Assembly: GCA_965198115.1 (NCBI GenBank)
Contig: OZ240241.1
Location: forward strand, 5,600,001 to 5,664,000
Length of the DNA stretch: 64,000 bases
Direction of reading: 5' to 3'
From: Candidatus Latescibacterota bacterium
GTDB taxonomy: Bacteria; Latescibacterota; UBA2968
This document shows, piece by piece, positions 41,400-51,840 of this stretch (the stretch's first letter is position 1; the number at the start of each line of letters is the position of its first letter). Position numbers and translations under genes: made by a program. The notes under the pieces are model-generated. The model searched no databases and was not told where the DNA came from. It saw only the letters and a list, made by a program, of their open reading frames with translations.

Positions 41400-41816
41400 A
41401 TGTCCAGGCCCGCCCTCCTATCGGCTGCACTGATCCTCTCGTTGACGCATTGCGGCGGCGAAGTCGACCTCCGCGAAGTCAAGCACGAACGTACACGCAA
41501 CGCCGATGGGATCACTCAGCTTTACAAGAACCCACGCCAGGGCAACTGGACGTTGAAAGGGAAGGTGATTCTCGTCCGTGGCGCCATCGTCACCGGCATA
41601 CAGACCCGGTCCGGGCGAGTCGTCGTCGACCTGGCCGGTTTTGACGAACTGGCACCGCTCAGCCTTCGGTGCACCTTCCACCAGAGCCAGACTCGCCGCG
41701 CCCGCAGCATCCAGCAGGGGGATGTGATCGCTTTCAAGGCGATCTGCGATGGTCTCGACCGTGTCGTGCTGTTCAGCAGCGGAGTCCTGCTGAGCGTCGA
41801 CCGCCCGGTAACCTGA
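41400..41816 (+). CDS. Putative lipoprotein, possibly OB-fold
   Basis: Lipobox-like LTHC after a hydrophobic stretch; GKVILVRG.I and IQQGD.I.FK..C.G patterns. Confidence 0.55.
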   Translation: MSRPALLSAALILSLTHCGGEVDLREVKHERTRNADGITQLYKNPRQGNWTLKGKVILVRGAIVTGIQTRSGRVVVDLAGFDELAPLSLRCTFHQSQTRRARSIQQGDVIAFKAICDGLDRVVLFSSGVLLSVDRPVT

Positions 41817-41895
41817 TGACGCATTGCCTGCTCTGGCGTAAACCCTTACATTCACAGACGCTTATCGCAGCCCAGCTCGACTAGAAAGGCGCTGA

Positions 41896-42768
41896 GTGGT
41901 CCTCCATCTGCTGAAGGCCATGCGACCCCACGAATGGGTCAAGAATCTGTTCGTCGTAGCCGCCCTGGTCTTTTCCAAACACCTGTTCGATCCGGCTTTC
42001 GCAATCCGCGCGGCCGGCGCCTTCGGAACGTTCGTCCTGCTCTCCAGTGCCATCTATCTCATCAACGACATCCTCGATCGCGATCAAGACCGCGAACATC
42101 CGGAGAAGCGCTTTCGCCCGATCGCATCTGGCGCGCTATCCATTCCGACAGCCATCGTTGCTGCCCTGATCTTCGCCGCCACCTCAATCTGGTTCAGCTT
42201 CAGCCTCGACGTTCGGTTCGGATGGACGGCCTGTGCCTACGCGCTTCAGAACGTGGCATACTCGTTCGTTCTCAAACACGTCGTCATCCTGGACGTCATG
42301 ATCGTGGCGATGGGATTCCTACTTCGTGCAATAGGTGGAGCCTTCGCCATCGACGTCGGCATCTCCTCCTGGTTCATCCTGTGCACGATGCTGCTCTCCC
42401 TCTTTCTCGGATTCGTCAAGCGTCGTCAGGAGATCGTCCTGCTCTCAGATCAGGCAGGTAGCCATCGCCGCATTCTCGCTGAATACGAGACCAAGTTTTT
42501 GGACCAGCTGATTTCGATCGCGACGGCCGGGACGCTCGTCAGCTACGCCCTCTACGCCATGTCTCCCGACGTCATCGAGAAACTCGGTACACCCTACCTC
42601 TACTTCACGATACCCTTCGTAATCTACGGTCTCTTCCGATACCTCTATCTCGTCTACAAGAAGGACGGCGGCGGCAACCCCGCGTCGACCATTCTCGGCG
42701 ACCCGCCCTTGATCGCAAACGGCGTCCTGTGGGCGGCGACCTTAGTCGGGATCCTGTACTTCAGGTAG
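41896..42768 (+). CDS. UbiA-family decaprenyl-phosphate phosphoribosyltransferase-like protein
   Basis: RPHEWVKN; YLINDILD..DREHPEK..RPIASG; KRRQE. Confidence 0.88.
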   Translation: MVLHLLKAMRPHEWVKNLFVVAALVFSKHLFDPAFAIRAAGAFGTFVLLSSAIYLINDILDRDQDREHPEKRFRPIASGALSIPTAIVAALIFAATSIWFSFSLDVRFGWTACAYALQNVAYSFVLKHVVILDVMIVAMGFLLRAIGGAFAIDVGISSWFILCTMLLSLFLGFVKRRQEIVLLSDQAGSHRRILAEYETKFLDQLISIATAGTLVSYALYAMSPDVIEKLGTPYLYFTIPFVIYGLFRYLYLVYKKDGGGNPASTILGDPPLIANGVLWAATLVGILYFR

Positions 42769-42813
42769 GATGATCGATCGCTATCATTCGTCAGAGGTCG
42801 GGCATAGGTAGGG

Positions 42814-42838
42814 TAGGGCCACGGCATGCGTGGCCCTA
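42814..42838. repeat. GTAG-type REP hairpin
   Basis: TAGGGCCACG-GCATG-CGTGGCCCTA, a perfect 10-bp stem beginning GTAG. Confidence 0.55.
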
Positions 42839-42895
42839 GAAGTCATAGAATGAATCCGCCAATCCAGAGACCTTAAGAGCCCACACCATCCACAC

Positions 42896-44173
42896 ATGCC
42901 CAAAGTTGCCATCCTCAAAACGTCACCCGCGACCGTCCTCGAGGACTATCATCGGCTCCTCAACCTGGCCGACTACCAGACGTCGATCAACAAAGCCATC
43001 GACACCGCCCTGAAGGTCAACATCTCGTGGCACTTCTTCTTTCCAGGGTCCTCCACGACCCCGTGGCAGCTCGACGGTGTCATCCGGGCGATGAAGGAGG
43101 ATGGATACGACCCGTCGCTCATCCACGCCTGCCACAATCGAACCGTCGTGATCGATGCACATCTCGGAGAAAGGGAGAACAAACAGCTCGAGGTGGTCCA
43201 GGCACACGGATTGCGAAACATCCATCTCTACGAGGACGAGGAATGGATTCACATTCGCGACGCCGTGGGATCTCTGTGCGATGAGTTTCTGTGTCTGAAC
43301 GATGTGTATCGGGATGGCTTCTCGATTCCGAAGCGGTTCATCGGCGAGAACATCATCCATCTTCCCACCGTCAAGACACACGTCTTCACAACGACCACGG
43401 GTGCGATGAAGAACGCCTTCGGGGGTTTGCTCAACGAACGTCGGCACTGGACACATCCCGTCATCCACGAAACCCTCGTGGACCTTCTCGCCATCCAGAA
43501 GAAGATCCATCCCGGGATTTTCGCGGTCATGGATGGCACCTTCGCGGGCGACGGTCCTGGTCCCCGATGCATGATCCCCTACGCAAAGGACATCATCCTG
43601 GCGAGCGAGGACCAGGTCGCCATCGATGCCATCTCGGCCAAGCTCATGGGGTTCGACCCGTTGGAGGACCTGAAGTACGTAAGACTCGCCCACGAGCGCG
43701 AATTGGGGTGTGGAGATCCACGCGACATCGAGATCGTCGGCGACATTGAGGCATCTGGGGAGAACTGGGGATTCGTCGGACCGTTCAAGAAGATGACGTT
43801 CGCGTCCAGAATGCAGCACAAGATCTACTGGGGCCCGCTCAAGGCACCCATAGAATGGTCGCTCAAAACCGTCCTGGCCCCCTGGGCCTACGTGGCCAGC
43901 GTCCTCTATCACGACACCTTCTGGTATCCCCTTAAAGCCAAAGCGAAGATGGCCGAAGTCCTCAACAGCAGCTGGGGCAAACTCTTCCGCAACTGGGGCC
44001 AGACCGAGGCCGACGCGCAGGGCTTTCCTCTAGTCGGGGCAGAAGGAGCGGACGTTCATCGAACCGGGTTCGGCGCTTTCATCCAATCTCTTGCCATTCT
44101 GGGAACGTGTCTGGCGGAGGCCCCCGAATTCGTCAAGAAGAAGATCGCCGGATCCAACCTCGCACGAGACTGA
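42896..44173 (+). CDS. DUF362 domain protein
   Basis: LKVN; HLPTVKTH...TGAMKNAFG; GDGPGP; DQVAIDA...MGFDP. Confidence 0.85.
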   Translation: MPKVAILKTSPATVLEDYHRLLNLADYQTSINKAIDTALKVNISWHFFFPGSSTTPWQLDGVIRAMKEDGYDPSLIHACHNRTVVIDAHLGERENKQLEVVQAHGLRNIHLYEDEEWIHIRDAVGSLCDEFLCLNDVYRDGFSIPKRFIGENIIHLPTVKTHVFTTTTGAMKNAFGGLLNERRHWTHPVIHETLVDLLAIQKKIHPGIFAVMDGTFAGDGPGPRCMIPYAKDIILASEDQVAIDAISAKLMGFDPLEDLKYVRLAHERELGCGDPRDIEIVGDIEASGENWGFVGPFKKMTFASRMQHKIYWGPLKAPIEWSLKTVLAPWAYVASVLYHDTFWYPLKAKAKMAEVLNSSWGKLFRNWGQTEADAQGFPLVGAEGADVHRTGFGAFIQSLAILGTCLAEAPEFVKKKIAGSNLARD

Positions 44174-45152
44174 TCTGAAACACGGCCTCGGATCGTCCTA
44201 CTCAGCCGACCTGTCGACCATGCTTCCCGCAAAGCTCACCGATTCGCACGGGCCCCCTGTGAAGGGCAATCCCGTTGCTGCACCCGGGGGACCGCATCCC
44301 GCTGTTCGTCGGCTGATCTTCGCCGACGGCACCCGCGTCATCGCGAAACGCTACATCTTTTACGACCAGACAGCGGGACACCCTCACGACCTGCTCGAAA
44401 CGGAAACAGCCGTCACCCGATGTCTGGCCAACGCGGGATGTCCCGTCGCGACAGTCCTTGCCACCGACCCCGAATCTGGCACCGTCTATCTCGAAGATGT
44501 AGCCCACTTGACGCTGGACGATGTCGTCCAATCCGCGCACCCAACCGCCCGTGCCCGGCTCGGCGATCGAGTCATCGAGGACTTTCACTGTCTGCAGCTC
44601 GCCTTCTCGCAGAGTGATGACGAGCTACGTGCGCGTGTCGCGCCCGGGACGGATCAGGAAGCCATACGGGAAAGCTTTCTCGAAGTCTTTTCGAAACTCG
44701 ACGTCGACGCACCTCTCGGTGATGGGCTTTTGGAGTTGGCCCACACGCTCTCTAAGCGTCCCCTCCACCTCGGTCCCACCGACTACAACGCCCGCAACAT
44801 CCTGATCACGGAAACGGGCGAACCCACCTTCATCGACCTGGCCAAAGTCGGATACGACTGGCCCGAGCGCCGTCTCGTACAGTATGCCACGAGTCTCGGC
44901 GCCGGGCGCCCCGGTTCGACCGTCACGTCCCTCCTGGATCCCATCTCACTGCGATACTACACCCCCGCACGATCAGCCAAGGTGCGTCAAAGTCTGGATG
45001 CCCATCACCTCCTCTTCCACACACTCGCCATGCTCAGAGGCATGAGGGTGACTCAACGCGCTTTGACGCTCTCTTTATCGAAGTCGAGGATCGTAGCGGA
45101 TGTGAGGCGGAAGATGGGAAGGATCTGGGAACAGACCAGGGCCGAGACGTAA
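44091..45152 (+). CDS. Aminoglycoside phosphotransferase / kinase-like protein (start uncertain)
   Basis: VIAKRY; VYLEDV; DYNARNIL and FIDL catalytic motifs. Confidence 0.7.
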   Translation: MPFWERVWRRPPNSSRRRSPDPTSHETDLKHGLGSSYSADLSTMLPAKLTDSHGPPVKGNPVAAPGGPHPAVRRLIFADGTRVIAKRYIFYDQTAGHPHDLLETETAVTRCLANAGCPVATVLATDPESGTVYLEDVAHLTLDDVVQSAHPTARARLGDRVIEDFHCLQLAFSQSDDELRARVAPGTDQEAIRESFLEVFSKLDVDAPLGDGLLELAHTLSKRPLHLGPTDYNARNILITETGEPTFIDLAKVGYDWPERRLVQYATSLGAGRPGSTVTSLLDPISLRYYTPARSAKVRQSLDAHHLLFHTLAMLRGMRVTQRALTLSLSKSRIVADVRRKMGRIWEQTRAET

Positions 45153-45350
45153 AGCGAGGCCGTAAAGGTCAAGGGGTTCCGCCCTGAAGGGGCGGCGTAT
45201 CTTGGCCCGGGGCGTCAGCCCCGGGTCCGGTAGGAAAGACGAAGACATGCGCCGCTGTCGCACAAGCAAGTGAATCACCCAGATCTTCCCAGCGCAGGAT
45301 CACGTATCCGACTTTGCCCGTTACTCAGGGTTGAAGAACTTCCCCCGGAG

Positions 45351-46414
45351 TCATCGCTGCAGCTGTTCGATAAGTGGCCTCAGTCTGTACCGGAAAGCGA
45401 TGAGCGCTCCCACGAGGAATCCGCCAATGTGCGCCATCCAAGCGATACCTTCTCCCCCGGCAAGGGCCATAATTACGTTGTAAGCGACCCAGAACCCGAT
45501 GTACCACAAGACGTCGAGCTTAAACCGAATGAAAAACAAGACCAGGTAGAGCTTGACACGGGAAAACAGCACGATATAAGCGCCCATAAGGCCGGCGACG
45601 GCTCCGGAAGCGCCGATTACGGGTGTCGTCGGATCGGTCTGGAAGACAACCTGCACGATTGAACCGGCGGCGGCAGCAAAGAAACAGATGAATAGAAACC
45701 GCCACTTTCCGAGGATATCTTCGATGTTGTCACCAAAAACATAGAAGAAGTAGGTGTTTCCGAAGATATGCGCGATACCGCCGTGTAAGAAAGCAGATGT
45801 AATGAGCGTCCATAAATGGCTTCCGCCAAGCACTCGGGCGGGCACAAGGCCGAAGACATCGATAAGCCCTTGAGGAGCATCCACCCCGCCCATAAGAGAA
45901 TCGACCAGCTGAGCGGCAAAGACGCCGTAGAGTGTCAAAATCAGCGAGATCGTGATCATGGGGTGCTTGCGCTTCGGGTTCCACACCTCGATCGGCAGCC
46001 CACTGAATAGTTGGAAAAGATAAGTTGGAATACTGGGGAGCTGATCAGATACAAGATCGGTCTCGGTAGTCTGCCCCGCCTTCATTACGATGTCCCGAAG
46101 CTTCCTGCCCTCTTTGGCATCAAGCCACATGCAGAACATTCCTTACAGAGATCGACCTCCACGCTTTGATCCTCGTGCTCAACGGCATACGTGATGAACT
46201 GTGCACGATCTTGGGGACATTTCAGCCCGCTGGGACCCAGTTCATGAGTGACCGATGACTGCTCCCACACCTCGGGCGAAACAACAGCGCCAAAAATCTG
46301 GGTTTCTTCGCCGGGGTCAAGGAAGGTTCCACCACAACGTCGGCAGTGGTCGAGCTCGGTACCGTGATGTGTGACAACATCGAGCGGGAACGTGCATCGA
46401 GGACAAGTGCGCAT
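45351..46414 (-). pseudogene. Rhomboid protease with N-terminal zf-TFIIB Zn ribbons, frameshifted at ~46140
   Basis: 46085..46414 has CPRC/CRRCGG/CPQD..C.EC; 45351..46139 has FLHGG..H..GN, GASGA and AHIGG. Confidence 0.85.
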
Positions 46415-46708
46415 TATCTGTTTCCTTCAGCCAACTTTACGGTTCAATCGACTTCAGACGACAAGTCGTCGATGCAGCGGGGACCGTCAGCAGCAGGGCG
46501 AGGATGGTAGCATAGGTGCGCATCGCGACCAAGATGCGATGGCGAGGAACGGCGGGCAAGCCCTCCTCCGATCGCTAAGGCGAGCCACGGAAGGGCAGGC
46601 GTGACTGATGGAAGGAAACCCCCATATGGAACATTTGGGGAGCAGCTCTATCGGAGGCTTAGGCGACTGAGGCTTTCAATCGAAGGAAAGAACCGAACGA
46701 TTTTTTTC

Positions 46709-48128
46709 GGCTATATCCGGATCTCTCAACGAGATGAAGTGGGTGAAGGTGCCGTGGTTCCTGGCATGGGGGCGCGGTTAGAGTGTGCGGAACCTCTTCG
46801 GAATCTGCTCAGGGATGTTTATGTCTCCGACGGTAAGGAAGATCATATCGTTGAATGCGTCGAGTGTGCGGAATCCGCTGGCTCGGTTCTTGACGATTTG
46901 GACGATTCGGTTGAGGCCTTCGGCGATGGCGTTGGTAAGACGCGTGTTCACGAATGCGAGGACGCCGAAGAAGTGCTGTCGCAGGGTCCTGACGAACTTT
47001 CGCAGGGGTTCAAGTCGACTTCTGAGTGCGGACGTCGTCCAGCATTTCAGGAAGCGTTCGGCAGCCCAGGGCGCTTTGTATTCCCAGAACTGCTCGAACT
47101 CGTCCTTGAGTCTCCAGGCTCTATAGATTCGGTAGTTCGCCTTCTCCAGTGCTTTGAGTGTCCGAGTATCCCCTCTGGAGCGTGTCGCTGAGTGCCGGTA
47201 GAGGAGCCATCGGAGGCCCTTCATGGCTTTGCGCTCATCCGGGGCAGCTTTACGCCACTGGTCCTTACGGACCTCGTCAACGGCGACATTGAGAGCCTTG
47301 ACGATGTGAAAGCGATCGAGGACCAGCTTGGCATTCGGACAGTGTTCCTGGATGGCTCCGATGTAAGCTTCGCTCATGTCGCAGCAGGCCCACTCGATCT
47401 TGGATCTCCGGTAGGGACTGAGAGCCTCTGTGAAGAACCGATCGATCGTTTTACGCGCCCTACCGCGGCCAACCCACACCACGCAGGAGCGGTCCAGATC
47501 GTAAACGAGCGTGGCGTACCTGTGACGCTTGGCGTAGGAGATCTCGTCGATCCCGATGGTTTTGAGCCCTCGGATACGATGACCTTCACGAAGCCGCGTG
47601 ATGGATCGGTGAAGGAGATCCGACAGCGTCGAGGCAGAGATGCGCAGCAACTCGGACGCCGCCTTCTGCGTCATGGTCTGGCAGTAGCGCAGCATGGCAT
47701 ACTCGAAGCGATACGTCACCCGAGAGAACCGCTCCGCCCACGGAATCTCCTCGACCACACGACCGTGGGTAGGACACCGAATCTCCCGAGGATGGTAGAG
47801 AAGCCAGACCCTCCACCCGCACACCGGAATGTCACGCCACCGACGCGGATGGGGCATTGTGCGGACGATTTTACCTCGACGGCCGCACTCCGGACAACAA
47901 CAACCATTCTTATGTGGCTTTACGGCGATGACGAAACAGCTTCTCCCCTCAAACCACCAGCTGACAACACGGAACCCCTTGAATCTCAGCAGTTTCGATA
48001 GTAATCTGCTCCCGGTCATAGGTCGCACCCCCTTCGCTTTGATTGTCCTACACACACAACCAAGCGTAGGGAACGATCTATGACCTTGTCATTCTATAGT
48101 TTCACCGTTGAGAAACCCGGATAGAGCC
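46709..48128 (-). mobile_element. ISL3-family insertion sequence
   Basis: 23-bp terminal IRs GGCTATATCCGGATCTCTCAACG / GGCTCTATCCGGGTTTCTCAACG; no direct target duplication. Confidence 0.9.
46778..48019 (-). CDS. ISL3 transposase
   Basis: CPECG Zn finger, IGIDE, CDMS, DRFH, TNAIAEGLN. Confidence 0.95.
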   Translation of the reverse strand: MTGSRLLSKLLRFKGFRVVSWWFEGRSCFVIAVKPHKNGCCCPECGRRGKIVRTMPHPRRWRDIPVCGWRVWLLYHPREIRCPTHGRVVEEIPWAERFSRVTYRFEYAMLRYCQTMTQKAASELLRISASTLSDLLHRSITRLREGHRIRGLKTIGIDEISYAKRHRYATLVYDLDRSCVVWVGRGRARKTIDRFFTEALSPYRRSKIEWACCDMSEAYIGAIQEHCPNAKLVLDRFHIVKALNVAVDEVRKDQWRKAAPDERKAMKGLRWLLYRHSATRSRGDTRTLKALEKANYRIYRAWRLKDEFEQFWEYKAPWAAERFLKCWTTSALRSRLEPLRKFVRTLRQHFFGVLAFVNTRLTNAIAEGLNRIVQIVKNRASGFRTLDAFNDMIFLTVGDINIPEQIPKRFRTL

Positions 48129-48180
48129 AAAAAACAGCGTGCCGTGTCGAGAGCAGTCACGGATGTTCGGATGAAACTCG

Positions 48181-48834
48181 CTCCTCATCCAGGATGAGGT
48201 CGCACGACGCGAGAACAAGAAGTTCACCAGGCGGCTGCGACGGGCTGGCTTCCGCGGTGAAAAGACGATCGAGGGCTTCGACTTCGACTTCAACCTCGGC
48301 ATCAACCAAGACCAGATCCAGGACCTCGCCACCTGCCGCTTTATTGAAGAAAAGGTCGCCATCCTCATCGCCGGACCCTGTGGCACCGGAAAGAGCCACA
48401 TCGCTCAGGCGCTCGGACATATCGCCGTCCGAAACGGCTACGACGTCCTCTTCACCACGCAGACCAAACTCCTGGGACAGCTTCACGCGGCAAGAGCTAC
48501 GGCCACCTTCGAGCGCCGCTTCCAGACCTTCGCCAAAGCGCCCTTGCTCATCATCGATGACTTCGGACTCAAACCGATGGCACCTCCGCACGACGAAGAC
48601 TTCCACGACCTCGTCTCAGAGCGCTACGAGCGCACGGCCACCATCGTGACCAGCAACCTCGACTTCACCGAATGGGGAGACGCTTTTCCCAACAGGCTCC
48701 TCGGCGCGGCTACCCTCGACCGACTCCGGCACGCCGCATACCGTGTCATACTCGACGGAGAAAGCTACCGCACGCCAAAACCACTACCCAAAACACCCAA
48801 AAAGACGCTTGGAAAGGAGGATCGAAAACCCTAA
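48181..48834 (+). pseudogene. istB: IS21 helper ATPase IstB, 5'-truncated
   Basis: GPCGTGKSH, LIIDDFG, TSN, ATLDRL, GESYR; start codon and istA are missing. Confidence 0.9.
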
Positions 48835-48875
48835 ATACACACCCCGTCCGAGACCCTGAAATCGCCACTTCTAAG

Positions 48876-48925
48876 GGGCTCCATTAGGCCGATCATGACT
48901 GGCCTCATTAGGGCGATCATTGACA
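48876..48925. mobile_element. IS21 right end with subterminal direct repeats
   Basis: CATTAGGCCGATCATGAC / CATTAGGGCGATCATTGAC, ending ...TGACA. Confidence 0.7.
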
Positions 48926-49959
48926 AAGATGAAGTTGTAGAGCGTGCGCTCGTTCTGTGCTACCCGGGCGGACAGTCGGGGGAGCAGATGGAGAGTTACC
49001 GGTTCCAGCGGATAGGCGTCGGACAGAAGGTCCTCGGTCTCGCCCAAGTTGAAGTCAGCAAACAGGCCGTGGTCGGCGCACACTCGGGCCGCGCGTTTGA
49101 GTAGAGCCTTGGACGGCGGCTTTGGTCGATCGGGTCGAGCTGCAACCGCCTCTGCTATCAGGCGGTAGATCTCCTTACTGTCGTCGATGTACTGAATCGC
49201 CTTGAAGCGTCCCTCGATCTTTCGCCACTCCGCCCGGACGGACTGCGGTACGTTCCCCGCGTACTGGAGCAGCTCCTGGTGGAGCAGGAGGCCGAGGGTG
49301 ATGGGAATGACCTTCGTGCGTGCGGTGAACTCGGCCAGTACCTGGATATCGAGAAGCGACGACGCCCGACCCTCGGTCACAAGGGACTCCACGTGGCGGC
49401 CGAACTCGTCCCAAACGACCGCGATGTGGTCACAACCAGCCCTGACCGCCTTCTCTTTAAGCGTGGTCAGGAACCCGACCGTGTCGTCGACAGAGCGAGT
49501 AGGGAAGTCCTGCAACCCCTTAGCCTCCCGTCCGAGCTTGACGCGCTCCATCGCGGCCAGCCCAGCCTGCTTGATCGCGAAGGGGACGTCCTCGATGTAG
49601 CCGTGGAGCACCAGGACCAGCCGCTTCTGCTTCCTAGACCTTCGTCGTCTCTCTGCGTAGCGCGCAAGCTCTGAATGCACGGGCTTCAGTCGTTTCTCGA
49701 TCGTGCGAAGCGTGTCTTCCGCGTCCCCACGGTTCTCCAGGAGCTGCAGCAGATAGGTCGCGGTTATCGACTTGCCCGTGCCGTAGGGGGCGACCACGAA
49801 GAACGACCGATCGCCCGTCTCGCCCAGAAGGCATCGGAGGAGGGTGATGCACTTTGCCGTGGGTCGGAAATGGGCGATCCGCTCCGGGTGCTCCGCGTCG
49901 TACCGGATGTTGATGGACCTTAGGAAGGATTCCACGTTGACGAATTCGCTACGCGGCAT
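48926..49959 (-). pseudogene. P-loop ATPase of SspC/BREX type, truncated by the IS21 end
   Basis: FLRSINIRYD, PYGTGKS (Walker A), VVWDEFG (Walker B), EW.KIEGRF, YPL.P, QNERTL; the frame runs into the IS21 IR. Confidence 0.7.
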
Positions 49960-50430
49960 TCCGGCTCTCCCGGTCGATTCGGTCGTAGTAAAAAGTGAGC
50001 CAATCCAGCGGGACACGTCTTCGCACACGGACCGTCCGGTTGCCAGCCAGTCCTCCGATCTGGATCTGTCTTTCTCCGAGTTCGGCCTCCGCACTGGATA
50101 CGGTTTCGAACAGCGATTCCGGCGTCATCAGGAACGCCCGAGCGGGGCCTCCCGCAAGACGGGCGGCGTCGACGATCGGCAGCGTCAGGAAGTCGCTGTC
50201 AGACTCGCCCACACCACTTGCTGTGGAGATGGCATAGGCCACGATCTCGGCCGGCACGGACTTCGGCCCTTGATTGACTTGATAGTAACCCGAGGCGCGG
50301 AAGTAGCCCATCAGTCCCAGTTCTCTAAACGGGCATTCGATGGCGTCTTCAGGATCCACTGCTTCTACCGGGATCGCCGCCACCTCCTCGGCTGACCATT
50401 CCTTCAGCTCAGTCCTGGCGATCCGGGCTC
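49949..50430 (-). pseudogene. C-terminal half of a DUF4007 (SspB-like) protein
   Basis: IECPFRELGL..Y..NQGPKS.P.EI.AYA pattern; overlaps the ATPase start; N-terminus missing. Confidence 0.6.
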
Positions 50431-50622
50431 TGATATACGCCTCGCCCATCCACCGTCGCACCCGACTCGCGTAACACATCTTGTCTTGGGGGGTATTGAC
50501 CACACTCCGATTGCCGTTACCAGTCGTCCTATTTCTTCGTAAATAATTGTCGTGCAGTGAATTATGAGATTCATGTAGCTGGCATCAGGACTGGATAAGC
50601 AAGGTGGAGCAGATGGCAAAGT

Positions 50623-51250
50623 CATGACCTCCGGCAAAGCCGGAGGCTTGAAAACTTGTGAACCGCTCAAAGCGGTTGGAAACCAAGCGCCACCTAAAGG
50701 TGGCGATTACCTGAAAATGTTGAGCTGGTCGAGACGCCGGTCCTCCCGCTCCTGGTTCTGGATATACTCCCGAACCGTCTGTTCATCCTTGCCAACGGTG
50801 GAGACCCAGTAGCCTCTTGCCCAGAAATGCTGCCCGGTGAAGTTCGACCTGCGTCCCAGATAGTTCCGAGCAATGTGAATCGCACTCTTTCCTTTGATGA
50901 ACCCTACCGTCTGAGCTACTGAGTGCTTCGGCGGGATCGAAATCAGCGTGTGCACATGGTCGGATCGCAGGTGACCCTCTTCCACACGGCATTCCTTCTG
51001 TGCGGCCAGATCCCGAATCACCTCGCCCAGATAGCGACGAATTTCACCATACAACACTTTTCTACGATACTTCCGAACCCAAACAACGTCATACTTGCAC
51101 TCCCAAACCGTGTGACGTAGACTCCTTACGTTGTTCATTAGAGAGCCTTCCTTCCGTGTGCTTTGAGCGGTCCACGGCAAGGGAGGCTCTTACATATTTC
51201 TGGAACTGTCAAACTCTGGGAGTCTCCCCGGCAGAGCCGGGGGCTTACCA
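50623..51250 (-). mobile_element. IS200-type element (tnpA only)
   Basis: Terminal hairpins CCTCCGGC-AAA-GCCGGAGG (~50628-50646) and CCCCGGC-AGA-GCCGGGG (~51226-51242). Confidence 0.85.
50707..51138 (-). CDS. tnpA: IS200/IS605 Y1 transposase
   Basis: KYRRK, DHVH (HUH), IKGKS, FWARGY, EYIQNQ. Confidence 0.93.
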   Translation of the reverse strand: MNNVRSLRHTVWECKYDVVWVRKYRRKVLYGEIRRYLGEVIRDLAAQKECRVEEGHLRSDHVHTLISIPPKHSVAQTVGFIKGKSAIHIARNYLGRRSNFTGQHFWARGYWVSTVGKDEQTVREYIQNQEREDRRLDQLNIFR

Positions 51251-51421
51251 AGGTTTAGTTATTTTGTCTCCTGCTGAGGGAAGAAACTCGTGAGAGGATA
51301 GCTGCTAGTACTGGTTCAAGTCGATCTTGAAGGCTTCCAAGTCGTCAAGCACTGACGTCAGTGCATCGATACGGATGTGCTTCACCGGCCTGTCCTTTCC
51401 CTTGTCTGGGGCGCAAAAGCC

Positions 51422-51570
51422 ATGCAGCGTAAACAAGGCGGGTTGGTTCCCATGGGGGAGGTCATCGGGGGGTTGAGCGGGCCAGTCCAGACGCTCCGCG
51501 AAGCCTCGCCCCAGGCGTTGCACCACTTCACCCAAGCCGATCAGGTGAACCAGCTTGTCTCGGCCAGCTC
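51422..51570 (+). pseudogene. N-terminal fragment of a RepA-type plasmid replication protein
   Basis: MQRKQGGLVPMGE...HHFTQADQVNQLV resembles, from recall, the N-terminus of RepA_C-family proteins; breaks off after ~50 aa. Confidence 0.45.
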
Positions 51571-51725
51571 AATGAGCTATGAACTTCAACGATGTCGCCT
51601 TCCTTTAGACCGAGATTACGAACGCCCGCTTCAATGTCGGATCAATTCCATAGGTTGAGCGTCAACTAGGGGTCGGGGTCTTTGCGCGCTCTGTCTCTAG
51701 GACTAGTGTGTGCATCCTGAGACAT

Positions 51726-51801
51726 GGCCTATAACCGCGAACCTGCGAAGGTTGGGCCGAGGCCCGTAGGGCGGAGCCGCAGCCCGGCGCTGTTAACTGC
51801 C
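51726..51801 (-). other. attC-like recombination site downstream of the aac(3)-like gene
   Basis: Minus strand GGCAGTTAAC...GC-rich core...GGTTATAGGCC. Confidence 0.55.
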
Positions 51802-51840
51802 CGTGCAGGTTCTCTCCTTGTCGAGATTACTCGATGTAGA

